NCBI GenBank assembly: GCA_964591795.1
Contig: CAZQEL010000007.1
Location: forward strand, 1 to 32,000
Source: an uncultured archaeon
Lineage (GTDB): Archaea > Iainarchaeota > Iainarchaeia > Iainarchaeales > CSSED10-239
Reading direction: 5' to 3'
DNA length: 32,000 nucleotides
Both the position numbers and the translations under genes were made by a program. Shown in pieces: positions 1 through 7,334 of the stretch; the first letter of the stretch is position 1, and each line of letters opens with the position of its first letter. Below the pieces are notes generated by a model that saw only the letters and a program-made list of their open reading frames with translations, was not told the DNA's origin and ran no database searches.

Positions 1-22
1 AAATGATTTTCTCTAATAAAAA

Positions 23-481
23 TCATTTCACAATAAAATATACCTTTCTTCCTGCTTGTATTTTTTTTAAATATCCTTCTTTAACAAGTCTATTTAATCT
101 TTGAGAAGCTGCATTTGATCCTTTATACTTAAATTCAGTTTTTACTTTTTCAGCATCAACTTTTTGATTTGCTCTAATGAAAGAAATTATCTTATCGTCA
201 ATTTCTGGTAAAATATTAATTGTATCTGTATTAGTATCATGAGACTCAACTTTTTGTTTTAAAGCAAATTGTAAAGTATCATACTTTTCGTACAAATCTT
301 TTAATATCCCATTTGTTTTCTTTCTTTCTTCAATCAATTGATGTAAAATTACTGAAAGTATCAATGGATCTTTAAACTTCTCTTGAATTTGAATAAGATC
401 ACTCAAACCCAGTTCTTTAGAATCTTGTTTTAATAACTTGTCTAAAAATATCTGTTTTGTTAATGTGTCATTTTCAGTCAT
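23..481 (-). CDS. winged-helix (MarR/TrmB-like) DNA-binding protein, putative regulator
   Basis: 152-aa ORF. The C-terminal ~60 aa (IISFIRANQKVDAEKVKTEF...SNAASQRLNRLVKEGYLKKIQAGRKVYF) fits the helix-turn-helix-plus-wing pattern of archaeal wHTH regulators. The N-terminal half looks coiled-coil. Assignment by eye only. Confidence 0.5.
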   Translation of the reverse strand: MTENDTLTKQIFLDKLLKQDSKELGLSDLIQIQEKFKDPLILSVILHQLIEERKKTNGILKDLYEKYDTLQFALKQKVESHDTNTDTINILPEIDDKIISFIRANQKVDAEKVKTEFKYKGSNAASQRLNRLVKEGYLKKIQAGRKVYFIVK

Positions 482-753
482 AATATATCATGATAATGTC
501 ATGAAAGTATTAAAAAAGCATCGGTTTCTAAAACCTATAAGAAATAGTGATTTTGGTTTGGTTTTCAAACCAATATTCTATTATTTGAAAATTAAGTATA
601 TTCTATCAAGAAACATTAAATAAACAAACTAAATACTAATAACAATAAAATATATATTATAATATAGACAATTCTATTTATAAAGCTTTTTAGTTAATAA
701 AACAAAATAAAAAAAAGAAAAAGAAAAGAAATTTAAACTATCTATTAGTTAAA

Positions 754-2088
754 TCAACTTCTTGGGAAAAAACATGTTACACCAGGAGTAGGAGCTGGAT
801 AAACTATAGATATAGATTGAGTAGTTACAAGTCCAATAAGTCCAGGTGAATAACTAGTAATTTCTAAATTTAATATATCTCCAGCTGCGGGTATATAATT
901 AGGATTAATAGAAACTGAAATTGGATTAGATGTACCATTAAAACTACCACTTGAATTAAACACTTGATTATTTTCAAGACTTAGTTCATAATAACAAGAA
1001 CCTATACAATCTGCTTCAAAATTTCCAAAAAACTCCATAACACAGTAATCACTATTATGTGTTTCATTAAATGAAAAATTATCTATAACAGGAGAACAAC
1101 CACTTTTTGAAATTACATTATTATTATTCTTTTCAATAGTACTATATGTTCCAGATGTAGCTTGTGTTAATTCCACATTTAAATCATAATCATAATTATA
1201 TGAATTGGTAATACCAGCATTAAAATTAAATTCATAATTTGATGGATTTCCATTTATGTTTGCAGGAATAGTTTTATTTATAATTTCAAATAAATAACCA
1301 GAATAACTATTATTACCCAAAGTTATTTTTATTGTACAATTATCAATACCAGGAGTACCTTTACAAACAATACCATTAATTGTATGTGTTACATCTTTTA
1401 TACAACTATTAAATGGACTAGCAAAATTAGCTAAAGTACTAGCAGATGAAATAGTTGAAGAACTTAAATTTGAAGTTAATCCACAAATTGCTGTTTGTGA
1501 CCATTTTAATTTATTTGTTACTGAATCATATTGCAAATTAGCACCATCAATAGGACATTGACCTAAAGCTATAAGTATATCTAATTTATTAACAGAAACG
1601 GCATTATCTGCAATTTTAGGATTAGTTACTGCAAAACTACCTATTTTTTTATCAATTACAGCACCTGCAGCTAAATCATCTTGAGTTACTGCTTCATAAT
1701 CAATATTTTCAGTTAAAACTGAATTTAAACCAAGTTTACCATGAATTATAGAATAATCTTGAATTTTTGCTGATGAAATTGAATCATCTTGAAGATGAGA
1801 ATTATTAATAGTATCAATACTTATTTTACTACTTGTAATTGCACCATCTTGAATTTTTAAATTTGAAACTGCATTATTTTGTATTGCTGATGCACTTACA
1901 GAATTAGGATTTGCATGATTTGAATAATCTGCAACTATAGCACCATAATAAGGATTTGGTACAGGTATAATTACAGTAAATATCTCATCATCAAGTACTA
2001 TTGGTGGAGTAGGTGTTGATGCTGCAAAAACTACACCTGCAAAAACCACTATTGATAAAAATATTAAAAAAATATTTATAAATTTCAT
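754..2088 (-). CDS. secreted or surface repeat protein (hypothetical)
   Basis: The long ORF in the track starts at a TTG at 2103. The ATG at 2088 is preceded by GGAGGA at 7 nt and gives MKFINIFLIFLSIVVFAGVVFAAS, a signal peptide or N-terminal anchor. It is followed by about 10 degenerate copies of an I-x-D-x-A(V/I)-(T/S)-x-x-K-(I/L) motif (KIQDGAITSSKIS, LQDDSISSAKIQ, KIADNAVSVNKL). The C-terminal half is Cys/Asn/Ser-rich. Confidence 0.6.
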   Translation of the reverse strand: MKFINIFLIFLSIVVFAGVVFAASTPTPPIVLDDEIFTVIIPVPNPYYGAIVADYSNHANPNSVSASAIQNNAVSNLKIQDGAITSSKISIDTINNSHLQDDSISSAKIQDYSIIHGKLGLNSVLTENIDYEAVTQDDLAAGAVIDKKIGSFAVTNPKIADNAVSVNKLDILIALGQCPIDGANLQYDSVTNKLKWSQTAICGLTSNLSSSTISSASTLANFASPFNSCIKDVTHTINGIVCKGTPGIDNCTIKITLGNNSYSGYLFEIINKTIPANINGNPSNYEFNFNAGITNSYNYDYDLNVELTQATSGTYSTIEKNNNNVISKSGCSPVIDNFSFNETHNSDYCVMEFFGNFEADCIGSCYYELSLENNQVFNSSGSFNGTSNPISVSINPNYIPAAGDILNLEITSYSPGLIGLVTTQSISIVYPAPTPGVTCFFPRS

Positions 2089-2111
2089 TTTAATTTCCTC
2101 CAAGTATAAAT

Positions 2112-2525
2112 TTAATCACTACCATAAGTAGTTCCACCATCTACTACAACTGCATTATAATTATTAGTACATTGAGTAAGATTTGCATTAGAGATAACAC
2201 TTAATTTCATATCAATTGATTTACTAGTATAACCTACTAGATCTGAGGCAATTGGACCAACAAAAATACCTTGTGCTAAATTATCTTTAAATGTATCATA
2301 TAGAACACATGTAGATTTTCCAATAGGATAATTAGAACCGTTTGAAGTAACATATGCTAACAAAAAGAAATATCTATTACTAGGACTAGTAATATTAACA
2401 TCTCCAGTAATTTTGTACATTGTTGGTAAAGTTCTATCAGTTGGAAGTGCATGAACATTTAAACTAAAAACTACTAAAAACATAATTAAAAAAACTGTAA
2501 AAATACCTAAATTTCTAAATTTCAA
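2112..2525 (-). CDS. small secreted protein (hypothetical)
   Basis: 137-aa ORF with a TTG start preceded by AAGGTGA 5 nt upstream. N-terminal signal peptide (MKFRNLGIFTVFLIMFLVVFSLNVHA). Lies immediately upstream of, and co-oriented with, the 754-2088 surface protein. No recognisable domain. Confidence 0.5.
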   Translation of the reverse strand: MKFRNLGIFTVFLIMFLVVFSLNVHALPTDRTLPTMYKITGDVNITSPSNRYFFLLAYVTSNGSNYPIGKSTCVLYDTFKDNLAQGIFVGPIASDLVGYTSKSIDMKLSVISNANLTQCTNNYNAVVVDGGTTYGSD

Positions 2526-2607
2526 TTAAATCACCTTACTCTTTTTTAAAATTATAAAATACATATTAAGATATATTACCATAAAGTTTATAAATAATTC
2601 CTTTTAA

Positions 2608-3681
2608 TTAAAATAATCTAGATTCCCGTCTTGGAAGACGAAAACCCATTTTTTTTGTTTTTTCAAGTATACTTTGAACAATTAATTCTATTTCTTGTAA
2701 TTTAAGTCTACTTTGAAGATCAGCATCGATTAATGGAGCTGGATACACATATCTTTTATTAAATGAAGAAATAGATGCTATATTTGAAACTATAAAATCT
2801 GTATATTCTTTTAAAGAAAGTCCAAATTCCTTAAAATAAATAAATTCAATTCTTAAAGGAAAATCATCTTCTGAAAGTTTTAAGTAACAGACATAAAGAT
2901 TATTATAAATATCTGAATTAAAATCCTTTAAAACAGGATGTTCATTTAAACTATCAGAGTACTTAAAAACACAAGTTCTTTGATTTTTAGATAATAGAGA
3001 AAATACTAAAAATGAATCTGATAATGAAAAATCAATTTCATCTTTAAAAAAGTTATTTTTTAAAAAATTAAAAAATCTATCTCCACGTGAATCTTCAATA
3101 CAACCAACTAAAAACGTTTTATTTTTTTTAGATATATTATATAAAGAATTAAATAAACTTAAAAGTTTAAAATAATCCTTATAAAAAACAGATTCCTTTG
3201 TGGGTTTTGAAATATATTGTGGAATTATAGAACCATCAATTAACATAAAATCAAGAGATGGATTTTTTTCAATAATGTTTAAAGATAAAGAAAGTTCTTT
3301 TTTTAATCTTAAAATAGAAGTGTTCCAAATTATTTCTTCAATTTCTAAAGAACCAGTAGCAAGATAAGGTTTAGCTAAATTATAAACTTTAGGAAAATAT
3401 TTAACTGAAGATAATTTTGAATCTTTATAGTTAAAAATACAACCTGCTTCTTTTATAATAATTAAATTTGCAAAATTAAATTGTTTGTTAACAAATCCAG
3501 AATCAACACCTGCAAAACTTAAATTTTGATTTTTTTCAATAGCAACTGAATTAATAATATTTTCATATAAATTATAAGGATTAGAAAGTTGTGCATAGTT
3601 TTTAGTTTTAAAAATAGATACTGTTTTTTGATTTCTATCATAAACTTTTAAAAGTGTTTTAATTATGCTATCGTCTATCAT
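2608..3681 (-). CDS. nurA: NurA-like 5'-3' nuclease domain protein
   Basis: 357 aa. Acidic motifs sit at NurA-like positions (FAGVDSGF near the N-terminus, MLIDGSIIP mid-protein, CIEDSRGD), and a C-terminal YVYPAPLIDADLQSRL resembles the NurA YPxxLxxA(H/D) block. Size is typical of archaeal NurA. Needs profile confirmation. Confidence 0.55.
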   Translation of the reverse strand: MIDDSIIKTLLKVYDRNQKTVSIFKTKNYAQLSNPYNLYENIINSVAIEKNQNLSFAGVDSGFVNKQFNFANLIIIKEAGCIFNYKDSKLSSVKYFPKVYNLAKPYLATGSLEIEEIIWNTSILRLKKELSLSLNIIEKNPSLDFMLIDGSIIPQYISKPTKESVFYKDYFKLLSLFNSLYNISKKNKTFLVGCIEDSRGDRFFNFLKNNFFKDEIDFSLSDSFLVFSLLSKNQRTCVFKYSDSLNEHPVLKDFNSDIYNNLYVCYLKLSEDDFPLRIEFIYFKEFGLSLKEYTDFIVSNIASISSFNKRYVYPAPLIDADLQSRLKLQEIELIVQSILEKTKKMGFRLPRRESRLF

Positions 3682-3703
3682 AAAATTAATCCATTAAAAA
3701 AAA

Positions 3704-4624
3704 CTACATACTTTCAAGTTTTTTAATTCTTTCTTCAATTGGAGGATGAGTTGAAAACATTTTTGACAACCTATTTCCTCTAAAAGGATTTATAATATAA
3801 AGATGTGCAGTTCCTTTAGATGCTCCACTAACCGGAATATTAACACCAGAAATTTTTTTCAAAGCATTAGCAAGACCTTGTGGATATCTAGTTATTTTTG
3901 CACCTGATGCATCTGCTAAAAATTCTCTTTTTCTAGAAATAGACATTTTTATCATCATTGCAATTATTGGAGATAACACTACAAAGATTATAGCAATTAT
4001 TAAAATAACTGGATTTTTATTATTATTATTTCCTCCAGAAGCACCCCCAAAAAGAATTCCCCTAAAAGCAATATCTGACACCATCATAATAAGTCCAAAA
4101 AGAACTGTTGCAATAGTCATAACTTTAATATCTCTGTTTCTTATATGTGATAGTTCATGAGCAACAACACCTTCAAGTTCTTCTCTATTAAGTATTTCTA
4201 AAATACCAGAAGTTACAGCTATGGATGAATGTTTTGGACTTCTTCCTGTTGCAAAAGCATTAGGAGATTTATCTTGAATAATATACACTTTTGGTTTTGG
4301 AATTCCACTAGCAATTGAAAGTCCTTCAACTAAGTTATCTAAAAATTTATGTTTTGAATTTTTATCAGGTTCAATTAATTTAGCTCTAGAAGTTGCAAGA
4401 ACAATTTTATCTCCAGCATAATATCCTACCAATGCATAAACTATTGCAAAAACTCCTGCAATGAAAAGTATACCTACTCCAAAATCTGAAAAAATATATT
4501 GCAAAGCAAAGCCAACAAGCCCAATAAAAATAAAAAAACATAAAAATAAAATATATGTTTTAAAATTATTTGTTCTTATTTCACTATAAAAATTAGTTTT
4601 TAAATTATCCATATAAAATATCAC
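3704..4624 (-). CDS. htpX: HtpX-type M48 zinc metalloprotease, membrane-bound
   Basis: Two N-terminal TM segments. HEXXH motif in VAHELSHIRNRD, then two further TM segments. EFLADASGAKIT and a C-terminal THPPIEERI are both typical of HtpX/M48B. Confidence 0.85.
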   Translation of the reverse strand: MIFYMDNLKTNFYSEIRTNNFKTYILFLCFFIFIGLVGFALQYIFSDFGVGILFIAGVFAIVYALVGYYAGDKIVLATSRAKLIEPDKNSKHKFLDNLVEGLSIASGIPKPKVYIIQDKSPNAFATGRSPKHSSIAVTSGILEILNREELEGVVAHELSHIRNRDIKVMTIATVLFGLIMMVSDIAFRGILFGGASGGNNNNKNPVILIIAIIFVVLSPIIAMMIKMSISRKREFLADASGAKITRYPQGLANALKKISGVNIPVSGASKGTAHLYIINPFRGNRLSKMFSTHPPIEERIKKLESM

Positions 4625-4694
4625 ATTTTTTAAATTTAAAATTATATATAATATAAATCAAAAGAAATATAAAAATATTCTTTATTAATTAAAA

Positions 4695-5684
4695 TTAGAT
4701 TTTAAGTTTAGTATTTAATGAAGTAACACATTTAGCATTTAATCCTAATTTATACTCAATTTGTTGAGCAAATTCTTTTGTAAAACCATGTATTGTATAT
4801 ATTTTTTTAGGATTAACTTCGTTTACAAAATTTAATAATGACTCAAAATCACAATGATCAGAAACATTTACAAGAGTAGATCCTCTAGAATATTTCCAAC
4901 CAGTTAAAACATATGATGATATTTTTTTATTAATTTGATGTTCTAAACTTTTTATTAAATTATAGTTAACTAAAGATAAAGGCATAACTAAAACATCTGA
5001 AGAATAAATATTATGATCAAGTAAAACTGATTTTAAATTATTACCTGAGTTATTATAAACTTGAGTATATTTATAAGTTTCTTTGTCAACTAAAGGAGTG
5101 ATATTTAAATAATTATTTAAAAATGAAATGATCTCTTGATTTTTACCTAAAGTATACCCACCTAAAACTACAAATTTGTTTTCAGAAAGATCTTTTTTAA
5201 TTTTTTTGGCTAAATTATTATAAACCAAACTTCTTTCTTTAAAAGAAAATTCTTTACGTCCAAAAGTTGAATCAATAACAAGTGTATCTACAATTATTGG
5301 TTTTGCGCCTTTTAAAAGTAAAGATGGTTTTGTATTAAAATCCCCAGTATATAATAATGAATTTTTATTATCTTCAAATAGAAACATAGCCGCACCAAGA
5401 ATATGTCCAGCATTTAATGCAGTCACATATAAATCATCTATAAGATTTATTTTTTTATTAAACTCAAGTTCAACAAAATCAAATTTACTTTTTTTAAAAC
5501 GGCCATTAAGAAGATTAATAGTTTCTCTGGTTGCAAAAGTCTTTTGAGATGTGTTACAGGCGTGATCTGAATGAGCATGTGTAATAAATGAATATTCATT
5601 TAAAGCACACATTTTAGATTGATCTAAATTTATTTTAAGATTATTCTTTAAAATACTAAAAAATGATGCATATTCAAATTTCAT
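4695..5684 (-). CDS. metallo-beta-lactamase fold, beta-CASP/SNM1-like nuclease
   Basis: HxHxDH motif (ITHAHSDH), motif 3 His (AGHILGAA), motif 4 Asp (YTGDF), beta-CASP motifs A (VIDSTFG), B (SDHCDFESL) and C (TIHGF). At ~330 aa it resembles the short ligase-associated/SNM1-like exonucleases. Confidence 0.7.
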   Translation of the reverse strand: MKFEYASFFSILKNNLKINLDQSKMCALNEYSFITHAHSDHACNTSQKTFATRETINLLNGRFKKSKFDFVELEFNKKINLIDDLYVTALNAGHILGAAMFLFEDNKNSLLYTGDFNTKPSLLLKGAKPIIVDTLVIDSTFGRKEFSFKERSLVYNNLAKKIKKDLSENKFVVLGGYTLGKNQEIISFLNNYLNITPLVDKETYKYTQVYNNSGNNLKSVLLDHNIYSSDVLVMPLSLVNYNLIKSLEHQINKKISSYVLTGWKYSRGSTLVNVSDHCDFESLLNFVNEVNPKKIYTIHGFTKEFAQQIEYKLGLNAKCVTSLNTKLKI

Positions 5685-5755
5685 GTTTGATCATTATTTA
5701 TTTTTGCAAAATGTATTTTATAAAAATATTAATCTATTTAAAAATAGAAATTAAA

Positions 5756-5943
5756 TGGGGACACCGGGATTCGAACCCGGGTCTACAGGTATCTCCTATT
5801 TTAATTTTATATAATATAAAATTAAATTAATTTCTGTACGTAATCAATCATCTGGTTTAAAAAAAAACCATCTTGCGATCCAGATCATTTTTATTAAAAA
5901 ATATCTGGAGCCCGTAAGGTTAACCTGGCTACCCCATGTCCCC
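5756..5943 (-). tRNA. tRNA-Trp (anticodon CCA) with a 114-nt intron at canonical position 37/38
   Basis: Manual fold. Acceptor GGGGACA/TGTCCCC, D arm GGGT-AGCCAGGTTA-ACCT, anticodon stem ACGGG/CCTGT, loop CTCCAG|A, T arm CCGGG-TTCGAAT-CCCGG, discriminator A. Exons are 5943-5905 and 5790-5756. CCA is not encoded. Confidence 0.85.
5791..5904 (-). other. tRNA-Trp intron with hBHBh' splicing motif
   Basis: The central 4-bp helix pairs C32-U33-C34-C35 with intron GGAG. It is flanked by 3-nt bulges AGA (5' site, AG|A) and AUA (3' site, AU|A). The outer helix pairs intron UAUUUU with AAAAUA. This is the geometry recognised by the archaeal splicing endonuclease. Confidence 0.75.
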
Positions 5944-5995
5944 GATTTAATAAATATATATAAATAATAAAGTATTTATATGTTTGTTAAACGGC

Positions 5996-6014
5996 AAAAA
6001 AAAAAAAAAAAAAA
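5996..6014 (-). terminator. poly-T tract (19 nt on the minus strand) directly after the lemA stop
   Basis: A19 on the plus strand abuts the lemA stop codon at 6015-6017. Oligo-T tracts act as archaeal intrinsic terminators. Confidence 0.45.
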
Positions 6015-6566
6015 CTAGAAAGAAACTTTAACGTTCTTTCTTTCTGAATCTGGAGCTTCAAAAAATATTTCTGATTTAAAATTAAACATATTTGCAAAAA
6101 TATTTGAAGGAAACATTTCAATTTTGTTATTATATATCATAACTGAATCGTTATAAAATTGTCTTGCATAAGCAATTTTACTTTCAATACCTGAAAGTTC
6201 TTCTTGAAGCATTAAAAAGTTTTGACTAGCCTTAAGATCAGGATAATTTTCAACAGCAATATTAAGTCCAGTTAATGCTTTTGAAAGTTCGTTATTTGCT
6301 TTAGCTTTCATTGTCATATCAGTTGCACTCATTGCTTGTGATCTTAATTGAGTAATTTTTGTAAATGTATCTTTTTCATGTATCATATAACCTTTTACAG
6401 TTTCAATTAAGTTTGGAACAAGATCGTATCTTTTTTTAAGTTGAACATCAATCTGACTCCAAGAGTTTTTAACTCTATTTCTTAATCTTATAAGACTGTT
6501 ATAGATTGTAAACACAATTATTAGAAGCACTACAACAATAATTAAAATTATTATACCAGTTGTCAT
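6015..6566 (-). CDS. lemA: LemA family membrane protein
   Basis: Single N-terminal TM segment, then [32 protein letters not shown]-type sequence and a C-terminal [25 protein letters not shown], both classic LemA blocks. GGGGGA lies 8 nt upstream of the ATG. Confidence 0.85.
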   Translation of the reverse strand: [183 protein letters not shown]

Positions 6567-6756
6567 AATTCATTCCCCCTTCTAGTATCTTATTATTAAC
6601 TTTATTATTTATAAAATAATATAAAACTATATTAATATATATAGATAAAAAGAAATAAAAAGAAATTGTTTTTATCCAAATTAAATTATTTTTTATCAAC
6701 ACAAAATAATTCAGAAATAAATGTTAAAAAAACAAAAAAAAAGAAAAAAAAGAAAA

Positions 6757-7002
6757 TTACTCCATATAACAATCTTCAGGACAATTTAGTGGATTTTCTC
6801 CATAGACATAATCACATCTTAAATCTCCACAATATGGTTTTACATTAACTATATTGTTATGAGATGCGAATTTATCCTCAGATTCTGTATAACTAACTGT
6901 ATTTTCTTTAATGTTTATAGATAAAAAGAAAACATTAAAAAATAAAAACACAATTGTTACAACTGAAATTAAAACCATTCCTTTCTGTCTCTTATTAGGC
7001 AT
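6757..7002 (-). CDS. small membrane-anchored Cys-rich protein (hypothetical)
   Basis: 81 aa. GGAGGA lies 6 nt upstream of the ATG. One N-terminal TM segment. The C-terminal CGDLRCDYVYGENPLNCPEDC is a four-Cys module of a type recurrent in archaeal secreted proteins. Confidence 0.5.
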   Translation of the reverse strand: MPNKRQKGMVLISVVTIVFLFFNVFFLSINIKENTVSYTESEDKFASHNNIVNVKPYCGDLRCDYVYGENPLNCPEDCYME

Positions 7003-7045
7003 ACTTATTCCTCCAATGTGTGAATCGTTTTTTTGAAAAGCGTTT

Positions 7046-7161
7046 AAATTGCAAGAAAAATTTTACGTAAGATGATTACTTTGCAATCTAAATTATGGTT
7101 TGCGAATAAAAAATTGCACGAAAATGTTTATTGTAAGATAATTAATTTGCAATTTAAAATT
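7046..7161. repeat. two ~50-bp direct repeats, each bounded by TTGCAA-type palindromes
   Basis: Unit A at 7046-7094 (aaattgcaagaaaaattttacgtaagatgattactttgcaatctaaatt). Unit B at 7111-7161 (aaattgcacgaaaatgtttattgtaagataattaatttgcaatttaaaatt). About 80% identical by eye. Confidence 0.8.
7067..7090. promoter_or_regulatory. 11-bp inverted repeat TTTCCAGAAAA-ct-TTTTCTAGAAA
   Basis: Arms at 7067-7077 and 7080-7090 are reverse complements with one mismatch. The repeat lies about 65-90 bp upstream of the 6757-7002 start. Its function is unknown. Confidence 0.4.
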
Positions 7162-7334
7162 CGATTTTTCCAGAAAACTTTTTCTAGAAACTAAATGTAA
7201 TTCAAAGTTATTATAAAAAGAACTAATTTTGTTTTCAAACAAAAAAAGTAAAATAGTTTGCAAAAATAAAACTTTATGTAAACTTAAATTATTAATAATT
7301 AAATAGTTATTAAAAAATAAAAAATAAAAAAAAA

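Noticed and set aside
438-623. 61-aa plus-strand ORF
   Set aside because: It overlaps the start of the wHTH gene and runs into the promoter spacer. It has no motif and is likely noise.
2463-2525. Archaeal type IV pilin-like (class III) signal peptide on the small secreted protein (MKFRNLG-IFTVFL...)
   Set aside because: The residue at -2 relative to the putative G cleavage site is Leu rather than the charged residue expected for PibD/FlaK substrates. An ordinary signal peptide ending at VHA-LP fits better.
6499-6848. ORFs 6499-6702 (-) and 6666-6848 (+)
   Set aside because: They overlap the lemA 5' end, the spacer and the small Cys-rich gene. They are AT-rich low-complexity translations (including a K-run from poly-A) with no SD-like motif.
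7060-7095. Possible replication-origin ORB/mini-ORB element (TTCCAGAAAAC / TTCTAGAAAC)
   Set aside because: It only partly resembles the TTCCAGTGGAAAC-type ORB core, since the central TGG is missing. No cdc6/orc1 gene is nearby, and there are no multiple oriented ORB copies flanking an unwinding element. It is kept only as a generic inverted repeat.
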